Virus record (IMG/VR): IMGVR_UViG_3300011429_000011
Coordinates: 1 to 57,359 of that record
Origin: a virus
Strand: one strand, 5' to 3'
Length of the DNA: 57,359 nucleotides
Shown: positions 1-9,922 of the stretch, piece by piece
How positions within the stretch are numbered: the first letter of the stretch is position 1
Layout of the letters: each line of letters begins with the position of its first letter
Translations under genes and position numbers: made by a program
The notes under the pieces: model-generated
Databases searched by the model: none
The model's input: the letters and a program-made list of their open reading frames with translations, nothing else
What the model was told of the DNA's origin: nothing

Positions 1-2
1 CG

Positions 3-188
3 GTAACTCCTCGAACCAAAGCTGAGATCGCTTATAGGGCGCTAGCCGCAATTCAACCGGGTCCTCAGAGTGGTGTGCAGTATTTAACGGTAACTCCACA
101 ACAAGCACCGTTTGCGATTCAGCCACGTGATGAGAAAAATCGACATCGATTTGGATTTAATGTGTATCTCTATAAGGAGCCGTCATAA
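3..188 (+). CDS. C-terminal fragment of an upstream structural gene; the window starts mid-gene
   Basis: Frame 3 is open from base 3 to a TAA at 186-188. The stop overlaps the next ATG as TAATG. No start codon lies inside the window. Confidence 0.4.
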   Translation, partial: VTPRTKAEIAYRALAAIQPGPQSGVQYLTVTPQQAPFAIQPRDEKNRHRFGFNVYLYKEPS

Positions 189-379
189 TGGCCGAATCAC
201 TTCTTGTTGATCCGAATGGAAAGCCCATCAAGTCACTGAAGGATTCTCCTTGTCCGAAATGTGGAGCTCCTCCAAATAAACGTGTGGCATCTGGTGGATT
301 TGGTGACACGTATTTGATTTGCACAAATTGTGCATACGATTTCAACGGAGAACTCAAGTGCGAAAAAGTTATCGTGTAG
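188..379 (+). CDS. small zinc-ribbon protein (CPKCG...CTNC)
   Basis: ORF with an AAGGAG RBS at 172-177. It carries two CxxC pairs. Confidence 0.5.
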   Translation: MAESLLVDPNGKPIKSLKDSPCPKCGAPPNKRVASGGFGDTYLICTNCAYDFNGELKCEKVIV

Positions 380-621
380 CACCCGGACACGAATTCAATT
401 ATCCTGCTGATAAACGCAGTCAGCAGATTATTGAACACGTTGGTGGTCGACGCAATCTGACTGAAGACCAGAAAAAATTGGTGACCTACAAAACGGTTAC
501 CGAAGGTCAGGATTGTTCCGACATGCCGGAAAGCACACGTGACCTTTACGTGGATCGGGGTTGGATCCTCGTGGAAGAAACTGTAGGACCTGCGAAACAG
601 AAGGAAGTGACTCATGAGTAA
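358..621 (+). CDS. hypothetical protein; start uncertain (track gives 319)
   Basis: ORF 319..621. A GTG at 358 preceded by GGAGAA avoids the 60-nt overlap with the upstream gene. Its stop overlaps the start of the next gene. Confidence 0.4.
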   Translation: MRKSYRVAPGHEFNYPADKRSQQIIEHVGGRRNLTEDQKKLVTYKTVTEGQDCSDMPESTRDLYVDRGWILVEETVGPAKQKEVTHE

Positions 622-1615
622 ATACGCAGGCTCGCAATTTTCAGTGTTCCTGGTCGACGGTTACAATCTCGCTGCGTCGATCATGGACTCGGTGTCAATG
701 GGTGAAGAATCGATTACTCAGGAGACCCATCCATTCGGGACTGGAAATGAGTCCCATACTCCGATTGGTATAGTCCGCGGTGCTCTCAGCGTCGGCAAGG
801 GTTTCTTCGATACCGCAACCGATGCGCTCCACGGTGCATTGAGCACAGTCGTCGGGATCAGTCGAATCGTCTGCGCGGCTATCGAGACCAATACCATTGG
901 CAATCATTTCATGGGCTTCGAGGGAGCCTATTCGCAGAAATATACGATCCTCGATGCCAACGAAGGGATGACCGAAGCAGATGTGGAATATTTGGTTTCG
1001 GGTGCTGTTGACGAAGGTGTTATCGTTCAACACTTAGCAACCTTCACTGCCGATTGGGATACGAAGACCGGCGGTGCTAACGCGCCAGATGCTCCAGTGG
1101 ACAACACATTGGACAAGATGAATCGTGGTGGAGACATTACTGGCTCAACGAAGGCCAATCCCTGTGTCATCACGACTGCGAAGCCACATGGTCTGATCAG
1201 CACACAGCGAATAGTCATCTCTGGCAACTCGCTATCTGGTCCAGCGATCAACGGTCAACAGATCGTGACGGTGCTTTCAGCGACAACCTTCAGTGTCCCC
1301 GTCAATACGTCAGCATCAACGGGGACTGGCAACGACGGAACGTTTGTCTATGCCAGCACCTCCGGTGGTGGCGTTGGATATCAGCAAGTTCCAGCATTCT
1401 CCGGGTTCACTGGATTTGTCGGAAAAATCATGCACTCACCGGATGACAGCACGTATGCAGCATTGGTCACATTCGCAAACGTGACTGCAATCAACAATAA
1501 ACAACGGCTTACTGCGAGCGGAATCGTTGATCGCTACTTGAGCTTCAACGGTGACGTTACTGGTTCAGGGAGCATCGACGTGTTCTCGGGTTTCGCACGC
1601 AACTTCTACAACTAA
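614..1615 (+). CDS. major tail (tube) protein with C-terminal Ig-like domain
   Basis: 333 aa, RBS GAAGGAAG. It lies upstream of the chaperone/TMP genes. Its N-terminal domain is homologous to the next ORF (ESITQ-x-PFG-x-ESHTPIG...GFFD). The C-terminal ~100 aa look like a Big_2/Ig-like domain, as in many siphovirus major tail proteins. Confidence 0.55.
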   Translation: MSKYAGSQFSVFLVDGYNLAASIMDSVSMGEESITQETHPFGTGNESHTPIGIVRGALSVGKGFFDTATDALHGALSTVVGISRIVCAAIETNTIGNHFMGFEGAYSQKYTILDANEGMTEADVEYLVSGAVDEGVIVQHLATFTADWDTKTGGANAPDAPVDNTLDKMNRGGDITGSTKANPCVITTAKPHGLISTQRIVISGNSLSGPAINGQQIVTVLSATTFSVPVNTSASTGTGNDGTFVYASTSGGGVGYQQVPAFSGFTGFVGKIMHSPDDSTYAALVTFANVTAINNKQRLTASGIVDRYLSFNGDVTGSGSIDVFSGFARNFYN

Positions 1616-1625
1616 GGAGTGCACA

Positions 1626-2054
1626 GTGGCAAAGCATTCACCATCAGAAGTCACCGTCACAATCGATGATGCACCGGGCGGCACGGCTCGGATCATTACT
1701 CCATTCGTGACCACGATTGGCGGCTTGTCAATCGAATCAATCACACAGCAGTCAAATCCGTTTGGCGTCAGCACGGAATCACATACGCCAATCGGTTTGA
1801 CAAAGGTGGCCGACATTCCGATCGGTGGCTTTTTCGACGACAACGCGCTGACAGGCCCGCACGTTGTTTTCCAGATCGCTGCGGGCGACATTTCACCCGC
1901 GAGTGTGGGGCGTGTGCTCGTGATCCTTGCTGCTACTGGCAAGACCTTCACGATCACCGTGCATCTCGTCAAGTACGAAGTCGGGCTCAAGCGCGATGGC
2001 TTGACCGAATACACCGCAACCGTCCGCCAGAAGTCAACGGGCGTCTGGTCGTAA
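1626..2054 (+). CDS. second tail-tube-like protein, paralog of the N-terminal domain of the 614..1615 protein
   Basis: GTG at 1626, 7 nt after AAGGAG (1613-1618). The track start at 1551 overlaps the upstream gene. It shares ESITQQSNPFGVSTESHTPIG...GGFFDD with the upstream ORF. Confidence 0.5.
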   Translation: MAKHSPSEVTVTIDDAPGGTARIITPFVTTIGGLSIESITQQSNPFGVSTESHTPIGLTKVADIPIGGFFDDNALTGPHVVFQIAAGDISPASVGRVLVILAATGKTFTITVHLVKYEVGLKRDGLTEYTATVRQKSTGVWS

Positions 2055-2098
2055 GCGTCGTCTGAGAGTAACGGGGCTACTCTAATAGGAGGATTAGC

Positions 2099-2539
2099 AT
2101 GGCGTTGGTCACGAACATCACAACAGATCTTCTCATCCCAGGAGAAAACGAAACAGTCGTCATCCGCAAACTGAGCCACAAGAATCTTCGTGAAGCTCAG
2201 AAGGCTCGTCAGAGTGAAGGCGTCGGGTTCATGAAGGAACTCGGCGCTGAACTTCTGCGTGCCCTGCAAGATAACGATACCGACAAACTCAAGCGTATGC
2301 AGGATACGCAAGAGGCTGACATCAACAGCTATGATCGCGATACGCTGTTGCGACTCGGTGTCGTCTCGTGGACCTACAAGGTTCCACCAGTTGCGATCAG
2401 CAAAGATGGCGTGACCAACGGCCTGGACGAGCTTGACGAACCGACCGCGAAATACATCGCGGAAGCAATATTCAAGTTCAGTCGTCCTGAAACGAAGAGT
2501 GACGCAAAAAACGCCTCAAGCGCTTCCATCGGTTCCTAA
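2099..2539 (+). CDS. tail assembly chaperone (gpG-like), zero-frame product
   Basis: 146 aa, acidic, RBS AGGAGG. It sits directly between the tail tube and tape measure genes, the canonical G position. Confidence 0.6.
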   Translation: MALVTNITTDLLIPGENETVVIRKLSHKNLREAQKARQSEGVGFMKELGAELLRALQDNDTDKLKRMQDTQEADINSYDRDTLLRLGVVSWTYKVPPVAISKDGVTNGLDELDEPTAKYIAEAIFKFSRPETKSDAKNASSASIGS

Positions 2540-2835
2540 ACGGAAACGACGAAGCGCCTGAAGAGTGGCTGATTAGCATCGTTTGCGAAGAATTCAACTG
2601 TCTACCTACAGAGGCAATCGAGGCAATTGACAATGATGTCGGTGGACTGCTGTTCAGAATTTTGGATCTTCGCTTTTACGCACGAGCTAAGGAGCAATAC
2701 GAAGAAAGCCAGAAGATAGAGGACGCCAGTAAACGCCCGAATACGCCAGGAATTGAGCGTGTTCGTCAGATCCATTTCGAGCTCGCGCGCGAAGAAATGG
2801 AAAGAAAGCTAAAGGCGCAAGAGTCCAATGATTAG
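2099..2835 (+). CDS. tail assembly chaperone -1 frameshift fusion (gpGT-like), predicted
   Basis: The -1 frame is open from 2503 to a TAG at 2833-2835 (~96 codons, no start codon). It lies downstream of and overlaps the G ORF. The slippery heptamer A_AAA_AAC is at 2506-2512. The extension ends inside the TMP start. Confidence 0.55.
2506..2512 (+). other. -1 programmed ribosomal frameshift slippery site A_AAA_AAC
   Basis: In the zero frame gca-AAA-AAC, the heptamer a.aaa.aac fits X_XXY_YYZ. It is the only such site in the 35-nt overlap between the zero-frame stop and the upstream stop of the -1 frame. Confidence 0.5.
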
Positions 2836-5800
2836 CGTAGGCGATCTCTTAGCAGTCTTGCGGTTGCGAGACGAGATGTCACCTGCGCTTAATCAAGCTG
2901 CGCAGAATGTCACTCAATTCGGTGGTGGAACTTCTACCGCTGCTTACCAATTAACACTCCTCGGTCGTGGTTTCCGTGAGGCAGGGGTTCTGATGTCCTC
3001 TGCCTTCACAGTTCCAATCGTTGCGGCAACCGCTGCGACATTCAAGTTTGGCGGTGAATTTGAAGCTGCTACGACACGACTAGTGTCGTTAGCAGGAGTT
3101 TCTAAAGAGGAACTTGGCGGAGTCCGAGACCGTATCCTCGAACTTGGTCCGGCGACTGGCATTGGGCCAAATGCGCTGGCGGAGGCGATGTATAAAGTTT
3201 CGTCGACCACGCGAGATACATCAGTTGGTTTAGAGATTCTTGAAGTTGCAGCGATGGGCTCGGCTGCAGGAATGGGCGATGCAAAAGATGTCGCCGGCGC
3301 GCTGACCGCAGTAATCAATTCATACGGATCTTCAAATATAGATGCGGCTAAAGCTGGCGATATCTTGACACGTGCGGTTCGCGATGGCGGTGCAGAAGCC
3401 AAAGAGCTCGCGCCAACTCTCGCTAATGTAGTTCCCTTTGCTGCACAATTAGGAATCAGCTTTGAGGAGGTCGCCGCAAATATTGCAACTGTCACGAAGG
3501 TTGGTGTCCCAGCTTCTGAAGCAGTCACATCTCTTGCATCAGTCTTTGCGGCGCTCGCACGAGAAACAAAGCGTGGTGAGGATGCCCTTAAGACTGTGAA
3601 TATGTCCTATGCTCAGTTGCGTGCTGAGATCAAAGAAAAGGGTCTTGCTGCAACGCTTCTTGAATTGAAAGATGCGTTCAAAGGTCAAGAGCACAATCTG
3701 ATCGATGTCGTTGGTCGACTTGAAGCTCTGAAAAATATTTTGTCAGTTACCGGAGCTCAGGCTAAGACCTATACAGAAGAAGTTCAGCGGATGGCCAGCG
3801 CAACTGGCGAACTTCGAACTGCCTTTGAGCAGATTACGCCTACGCAAGAGTTCATGTGGAATCAGCTGAAGGCTGGTATTGAGGGGACGTTCATCTCGTT
3901 GAGCGTTTCGCTGATGCCAGTATTCAAAAAGACTCTTGAGCTTCTCAATGGTTTCATTCCAATCATAAATAGTGTTGTTAAATCTTTCGGTGAGCTGAGC
4001 TCAACAACACAGCTCGTAGTCATCGCATTCTTTGCACTTCTTGCGGCCACCGGCCCGCTCCTTATTGCATTCGGATCTTTATTGCAAGCCTTTGGCAATA
4101 TCGCCCGTGGTTTTCCGATTGTCATTGGCCTCTGGCAAGCGTTCACGAATTCGGTGGCCATGAACACGATTGGTGTTTGGGCGTTGAACGCTGCTAGCAC
4201 GACAGCTGGAACAGTCTTACTTGGCTTAGCGCATGTTCTTGGATTTCTCATAGCAGTCTGGGCCGGTTGGAAGATTGGCCCAATGATCGGTGATTGGATT
4301 GGCATATCAGACCATATTGAATATGCTAGTCTGAAATTACAGCGATGGCTCGGTCTGGTCGATCAAGCTGCAACTGACCAAGATCTATGGAATTCAGTCC
4401 AAGAGAATACAAAACGTCGTGCTGGTGAAGTTGGCCCCGCGCTCGATGCAAATGCTGAAGCTCTGAAACGTCTGAAAGATCAGATCAGCGGTGTTGGTCT
4501 TATCAAGGACATGCAGGACCTTCAGACTGTGATGCGTGAGCTTGGTGAGGCTGGCAAGCTACCGCCAGAAGTCCTCGAACGCATCGCTAAGCAAGCGCAG
4601 CTCCTTCAGGCACAAGGTCAGAAACTTACACCTGAATTACAGCGCGTCGTTGATGCATTTGGCAAAGTGACAGAGGCTGGTAATGAGAATATCGCTTCAA
4701 TTCGAGAGCAAGCCGAGGCTCTGAAACGCTATAACAAAGCAGTTAAAGATAATATCGATGAGGATCTTAGATTAGAAGCTGAGCGTTGGAAGACAAAGGC
4801 TTATTTCCTTGATTTCAATGGTGAGCGGGCTATTGCGGAGGTGGAACGTCAGTATAAAGTGATGGAAAAGGCGCATCTCGATTTTATCGAGAGCGAACAT
4901 AAGGCTTGGATTGACTATGCGAATTGGTTAGATCAGACTGGCCTCCGTGGAATTGAAAATGCCGTTGAAAGATACAAAGAAGTATGGTCACATTCGTCTG
5001 CTGCGCAGCAAGCGCACGCAAATGACGCTAAGCGTATCTATGATGAGATGTTAGCGTATAGTGATAAATTCAGCGCTGAGACGCTTGCGAAATTCAAGAA
5101 AATGTGGCAAGATGCACAACATCTTGCCGACGGAACTCGGAATTGGCGCGACAATTTGGATCTTGTAGTTGGCGCTCTCGAAGTCGTCGGTGATAAATGG
5201 GCAACGATGACTGCTGGTGTGCTCCGTAATCTAAAGGCAATTATCGATATCTGGGGCAGTGGCGTTAAGAATGCGCACACATTGGCATTCGGACAGATGC
5301 TTGGAATGCTCGCTGAATTCATTCCAGCCTCTGATAAGGCTGCGGTCAGTGCTGCGAAATTCGCAATGCAAGGCGCAGCAGTCGGTTCTGTTTTTGGACC
5401 GTGGGGCGCTGCAATTGGCGCTGGAGTTGGTGCGGTCTATGGTTGGATCAAAGCTGGCCAAGAAGCGAGAAAAACTAATGATCTCCGTGATGCTTTTATT
5501 GCTGCTCGCGGAGGTCTAGATGTTCTCCATGCAAGTTTAGTAAAGATTCTTGGGCCTACTGGCGAGCTCATCACCCAACATCTACTCGCTGCAAAAAACA
5601 CGAAAGAATGGGAGGCTGCTACTAAAGAACTAGATGCTACATTGAAACATCATCAAGAACAGATGAATGAAGTTGTGGAAATGATCAAGAAGCTGGGAAC
5701 GAATTTCTCAGCTATCGCGAAAGCAATCATACCCGAGACAAAAGAGCAGTTGCGAGATCTTGGAATCATCGCTGTTGCTTCAATCAATGCAGCACTCGAA

Positions 5801-6643
5801 GCTGGTTATTCATTGCGCGAAGCAATACAAATGAATCATGATGGTATACAGGAGTTGATTGAGGCTTACAAGCGCCTTAAGATCCCTGTCGATGACGCAT
5901 TCCTCAATATGCTGATGATCGTTGATCAGGTCATTGCAAAGAATCCAACGCTAGTTGCTGGAATCGATGCACTGATCTCTTCAATGGATATCTTGGCAAA
6001 ATTGGGGATGTTGAATAAAGACACATTTGATGCGATGCAGCGCAGTGCATACGATATGTATGTGCAGCTCCAAGCCCAAGTCGCGAGCTTCGGAGGGACT
6101 ACGAAAGATGCCTTGTTACTCATGCAAGATCTTCTGCATAAGGCAGAACAGCGCGCGAAAGAACTCGGCATCCCATTGGATGCAAATCTGCAAATGTTAA
6201 TCGACCAATCTAAGGAACTTGGTATCTGGGAGGACATCGGTAAGACTGCTAACGAGAAGCTCCTAGAAGGGCTCAGCGCTCTTGTTAATAAGATGAATGA
6301 ATTGGTCGATGCGATTAGACGGGCTGGTGATGGGATGCGAAATATTCCTCCGCCGCCACCGGCTCCAAACTATCCAAGTCCAGACGAGCCTCCACCTTCG
6401 GAACAGGCATTCGGTGGCGAGTATATCGTATCTCGACCGACAATGTTCTTGGCAGGTGAAACTGGTCGCCCAGAACGTGTCCATTTCGGTGAAGCTGCAA
6501 AAGGCGGAGGTGGGGTCTCGAAACAAACAGAACTGAAACTTGATAAAGTTGCTTCTGAAGTAGAGGGTCTTCGGAGAGACTTCCAGTTTACAATTCCGAA
6601 TCTACTGGCGAAAGCAACGATGAGCGCAATGGCGAAAGCATAA
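2828..6643 (+). CDS. tail tape measure protein
   Basis: 1271 aa with long coiled-coil/Ala-rich stretches and internal hydrophobic segments. It follows the G/GT pair. At ~0.15 nm per residue the length predicts a ~190 nm tail. Confidence 0.85.
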   Translation: MISVGDLLAVLRLRDEMSPALNQAAQNVTQFGGGTSTAAYQLTLLGRGFREAGVLMSSAFTVPIVAATAATFKFGGEFEAATTRLVSLAGVSKEELGGVRDRILELGPATGIGPNALAEAMYKVSSTTRDTSVGLEILEVAAMGSAAGMGDAKDVAGALTAVINSYGSSNIDAAKAGDILTRAVRDGGAEAKELAPTLANVVPFAAQLGISFEEVAANIATVTKVGVPASEAVTSLASVFAALARETKRGEDALKTVNMSYAQLRAEIKEKGLAATLLELKDAFKGQEHNLIDVVGRLEALKNILSVTGAQAKTYTEEVQRMASATGELRTAFEQITPTQEFMWNQLKAGIEGTFISLSVSLMPVFKKTLELLNGFIPIINSVVKSFGELSSTTQLVVIAFFALLAATGPLLIAFGSLLQAFGNIARGFPIVIGLWQAFTNSVAMNTIGVWALNAASTTAGTVLLGLAHVLGFLIAVWAGWKIGPMIGDWIGISDHIEYASLKLQRWLGLVDQAATDQDLWNSVQENTKRRAGEVGPALDANAEALKRLKDQISGVGLIKDMQDLQTVMRELGEAGKLPPEVLERIAKQAQLLQAQGQKLTPELQRVVDAFGKVTEAGNENIASIREQAEALKRYNKAVKDNIDEDLRLEAERWKTKAYFLDFNGERAIAEVERQYKVMEKAHLDFIESEHKAWIDYANWLDQTGLRGIENAVERYKEVWSHSSAAQQAHANDAKRIYDEMLAYSDKFSAETLAKFKKMWQDAQHLADGTRNWRDNLDLVVGALEVVGDKWATMTAGVLRNLKAIIDIWGSGVKNAHTLAFGQMLGMLAEFIPASDKAAVSAAKFAMQGAAVGSVFGPWGAAIGAGVGAVYGWIKAGQEARKTNDLRDAFIAARGGLDVLHASLVKILGPTGELITQHLLAAKNTKEWEAATKELDATLKHHQEQMNEVVEMIKKLGTNFSAIAKAIIPETKEQLRDLGIIAVASINAALEAGYSLREAIQMNHDGIQELIEAYKRLKIPVDDAFLNMLMIVDQVIAKNPTLVAGIDALISSMDILAKLGMLNKDTFDAMQRSAYDMYVQLQAQVASFGGTTKDALLLMQDLLHKAEQRAKELGIPLDANLQMLIDQSKELGIWEDIGKTANEKLLEGLSALVNKMNELVDAIRRAGDGMRNIPPPPPAPNYPSPDEPPPSEQAFGGEYIVSRPTMFLAGETGRPERVHFGEAAKGGGGVSKQTELKLDKVASEVEGLRRDFQFTIPNLLAKATMSAMAKA

Positions 6644-8871
6644 TGGGTGTTGTTAGTCCAACGATGAAAATCGAGATGGCCCTCGGTGGGTCATTTCGAC
6701 AAAAGGCATATAACGCCACTCCTATCAGTTGGTGGCGAATGTCTGAACGTTCCGGGACTTCTGCTCGAGATACAATGCTCGTTACGCATGGGACCATAAC
6801 TGGTGATATTACGAAAGGTGTTCTGAACGGAAATCCAGAAGGTGGTGGTGGCTTCACATTCGGTGGGTCCACTAGTGAGATTGCGCTTGGCGACCCCACA
6901 ACTCTCGAACCAGGAGCAACAGCATTCTCGCTGTATGTTTCTAAGTTGAAGTGTGCATCAGTCGCAGCCCAACGCGTCATCTATGCGAAATTCAATAACG
7001 CAAATCGTGGCTATGGAATTTCATTTGAGCAGACCACTGGGAAACTCCGCTTTTTTGCTTTCACATCTGGTGGCACAACGCTCTGGGATTTTGTAACTTC
7101 TGCAGGTTACGCAGACGGCAATGAATACGATTGCGCCTTCACATGGGATGGAACAACTGGCGCGAATAAAGTAAAGATCTGGGTGAACGGAACGAATGTC
7201 CAATCAGCCACTGCTGCCGCTGGCACAATTGGAGGAACCTCACCCAATGCGTATATCGGACGATTAGATGAGGCTGGGACACCGCTTCGCTTTATTGGTT
7301 CCATGGATGATCTGATCTATTATGCAAAAGAACTGTCGTCCACAGAGATTACTGCTCTGCGTAATTCTTCTCTATGGACTGATATTTCTAGCGATCTTGA
7401 TGCACATTCTGCTAAGCTCAATTTGAAATGGGGAATTAGTGCCAATGGTCCAAAAGATAGGATGGCCGATCTTGGAATCCTCACTTTCAATTTGAAAAAT
7501 CATGCGGGTAACTCAGCTTCAACACAAGGCTATTATTCTCCGAGTCATTTGAGCCATCGTTCTGGTTTTAACTACGGCGTGCTCACGCGAGTCGTCTTCA
7601 CTTACAGTGGAACTGACTATCAGCGTTTCATCGGCAAAATTGCTGCTATTGATCCGATCCCAGGTCGATACGCATCTCAGCTTGTGAGAATTCGTGTTCA
7701 TGATTTGATGGATGATCTTCTTGAAAATGATTTGCGCAATGTGAAACTCCAGACAAATCAAAATGAGGATGTCCTACAACGGACAGCTCTCGAAGCGCTC
7801 ATCCCAACGACACAACCGCTAGGCCTGAATCTCGATACTGGCTTAGATCTTTCTCCATTTGCATTTGCTGAGCTCGGTGCTGGTGATAGAGTTTACAATC
7901 CACTATTCGATCTGATCATGAGCTCCATTGGATTTGGGCATATGGGGCCAGACGGGGTCTATCGTTATGAAAATCGTAATGCTAGGCAATTAGTTGCGAC
8001 ATCTTTTACATTCAATGATGATATGGTCGGACTAGTAGTTCCGACAACGCTCGATGGTGTCTTTAATCATGTTCGTGCGACGTATCATCCAAAAACAATA
8101 GATGCGTTAGCTACCACAGTCCTCTTCGCACAAACTGGTGATCCACCAGTAATCTCTCCCGGACAGACCATCATCGTTTGGGGCGATTACTACAAGACCT
8201 CAGAGCCTAGTGTTAAGATTGGTGGCACAGCACAGGTCACGCCAGTTTCTGGAACTGATTGGACTGCGAATACGTTAGCTGACGATAGTGGTACGAATAA
8301 AACTGCACAGGTTACAGTTACCACTGGATCTGTAGCAAATCCAACTGGTGATTGTTTTGCATCTACGACGAAGTTCACAATCACAAATAACGATGCTGGC
8401 GCTGTATTCCTAACGAAGTTGCAAATTCGAGGAAAAGGACTCTACGATTTCTCTCCGATCACGGTAGAATCCATAAGCGTTCAATCATATGGTGAACGTG
8501 ATATTGATATCGATTTGAAGTATCAAAACAATTATAATGTCGCGAAGGGAATTGCAGACTATATTCGATTCCAATTTGAGCTGCTTGGTAATCAAGCATT
8601 TTCGCTCACATTCCAGGCGAACTATCAAGACGCCCATATGCTCGCTGCACTATCAGGTCAGATCGGCCAGAAGATAGTTGTCACTGAGACAGTAACAGGG
8701 CTTATCGCCGCAGCACTATTCATTCAGAGCGTCCAACTTGAAGTTGCGGAGCCTGTTTGGATTACTTGCACATTGGGTCTTGCAGCAACATCATTCTTCA
8801 GTGAAGTCTGGCAGATGGGTATTGCTAGTCATGGTGAAGTTGGGGACCACACTTATTTTGGATTTGTATGA
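6643..8871 (+). CDS. distal tail/baseplate protein with N-terminal LamG (concanavalin-like) domain
   Basis: 742 aa; start overlaps the TMP stop (TAATG). Residues ~60-250 look like a LamG/pentraxin-type lectin fold (…GYGISFEQTTGKLRFFAF…YIGRLDEAG…). Confidence 0.5.
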   Translation: MGVVSPTMKIEMALGGSFRQKAYNATPISWWRMSERSGTSARDTMLVTHGTITGDITKGVLNGNPEGGGGFTFGGSTSEIALGDPTTLEPGATAFSLYVSKLKCASVAAQRVIYAKFNNANRGYGISFEQTTGKLRFFAFTSGGTTLWDFVTSAGYADGNEYDCAFTWDGTTGANKVKIWVNGTNVQSATAAAGTIGGTSPNAYIGRLDEAGTPLRFIGSMDDLIYYAKELSSTEITALRNSSLWTDISSDLDAHSAKLNLKWGISANGPKDRMADLGILTFNLKNHAGNSASTQGYYSPSHLSHRSGFNYGVLTRVVFTYSGTDYQRFIGKIAAIDPIPGRYASQLVRIRVHDLMDDLLENDLRNVKLQTNQNEDVLQRTALEALIPTTQPLGLNLDTGLDLSPFAFAELGAGDRVYNPLFDLIMSSIGFGHMGPDGVYRYENRNARQLVATSFTFNDDMVGLVVPTTLDGVFNHVRATYHPKTIDALATTVLFAQTGDPPVISPGQTIIVWGDYYKTSEPSVKIGGTAQVTPVSGTDWTANTLADDSGTNKTAQVTVTTGSVANPTGDCFASTTKFTITNNDAGAVFLTKLQIRGKGLYDFSPITVESISVQSYGERDIDIDLKYQNNYNVAKGIADYIRFQFELLGNQAFSLTFQANYQDAHMLAALSGQIGQKIVVTETVTGLIAAALFIQSVQLEVAEPVWITCTLGLAATSFFSEVWQMGIASHGEVGDHTYFGFV

Positions 8872-9284
8872 TTCTAAGACCTGCAGACTTTCACGAATAT
8901 AACCCATTTGGGCTCACCCTTGTGACACCCGAGGCTTATCGAAATCTCATAGCGAAGACTATGGAATTTCGGGAGGCTCGGACTGGCCGGAAGCCACAAT
9001 TTCCGGATGACATCACGACACCAATTCTTGCATATATCAGCAACAATAAATGGATTATTATCTGTGAATGCGGTGCTGCAAACATGGTGCATCCAGATTG
9101 GAAAATGGCTGGTTGCATGGAGTGTGGCCGTATCCACACGAACGTAATTATTCCCTCGAACTTCGTAGCTATCGAGGCTGTCCTAGAGAAACGATTAGAG
9201 TGGAATCGTAATTTTCTCCCACAAAAGGGCGAAGACATCGAAACACTGAAACGAGAAAATCGCGACCACGGCTTACCCGACTAG
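8868..9284 (+). CDS. hypothetical Cys-rich (zinc-ribbon) protein in tail module
   Basis: ATGA overlap with the upstream gene. Motif CECG…CMECG. Confidence 0.5.
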   Translation: MILRPADFHEYNPFGLTLVTPEAYRNLIAKTMEFREARTGRKPQFPDDITTPILAYISNNKWIIICECGAANMVHPDWKMAGCMECGRIHTNVIIPSNFVAIEAVLEKRLEWNRNFLPQKGEDIETLKRENRDHGLPD

Positions 9285-9292
9285 AGGTCATA

Positions 9293-9922
9293 ATGGCTTG
9301 GACGACACCAGATCCTGTTATCGCTGGGCAATTGATGACAGCATCGTTTTGGAACAATCAAGTTCAGTTGAACATGGTTGAACTCCGTGGCGGTGGCATT
9401 GCAATTGCCTCCCAAGCTGCGAATGATATGATCACTGGTGGTGGATCAACCGCGCTTGCCCGGACTGCAATCGGCGCAGCTCGTCGATTCTGGCGTGTGA
9501 ACAACGCTGGAAATGGTCTCGAATGGGCCAGTTGGGAATTGCCAAATGCGATCGGCACTGCTGGTTACTTTTTGCGTAGTGATGGCACAATTGCGACATT
9601 CCAGCCCGGTGGCCGTCTCAGCACTGCCGCTTCCGCATCGTCTCTAACGCCAGATAATAACGCATTTGAGATCTATGAATATACTGCACTTGCAGCAGGT
9701 CTAACAGTCAATAACATGGCGAATCCAGGTCCTGATGGCTATCGTTTCTTCTTCCGTATCAAAGATAACGGAACTGCACGGTCTTTATCCTGGGGGACTT
9801 CTTATCAACCCGGAGGCGTTGCATTACCGACAACTACAGTTATCAATAAAGTGTTGCATCTGGCTTTCATGTACAAAGCTGGCGTTGCGCACTATTTGAT
9901 TGGAGCTGCACAAGAGGCATAA
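9293..9922 (+). CDS. putative minor tail/fibre protein
   Basis: 209-aa ORF with RBS. It lies in the tail fibre region. No recognisable motif. Confidence 0.4.
   Translation: MAWTTPDPVIAGQLMTASFWNNQVQLNMVELRGGGIAIASQAANDMITGGGSTALARTAIGAARRFWRVNNAGNGLEWASWELPNAIGTAGYFLRSDGTIATFQPGGRLSTAASASSLTPDNNAFEIYEYTALAAGLTVNNMANPGPDGYRFFFRIKDNGTARSLSWGTSYQPGGVALPTTTVINKVLHLAFMYKAGVAHYLIGAAQEA

Noticed and set aside
157-615. 152-aa ORF on the - strand at the window start
   Set aside because: It lies antisense to three tightly packed + strand genes with RBSs and stop/start overlaps. It has no RBS, so it is almost certainly a shadow ORF.
2944-3528. 194-aa antisense ORF (and others at 3862..4305, 5038..5461, 5926..6526) inside the tape measure gene
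   Set aside because: Ala/Ser/Pro-rich low-complexity translations of the reverse strand of a GC-rich Ala-coding region. The TMP reading frame is continuous and far better supported.
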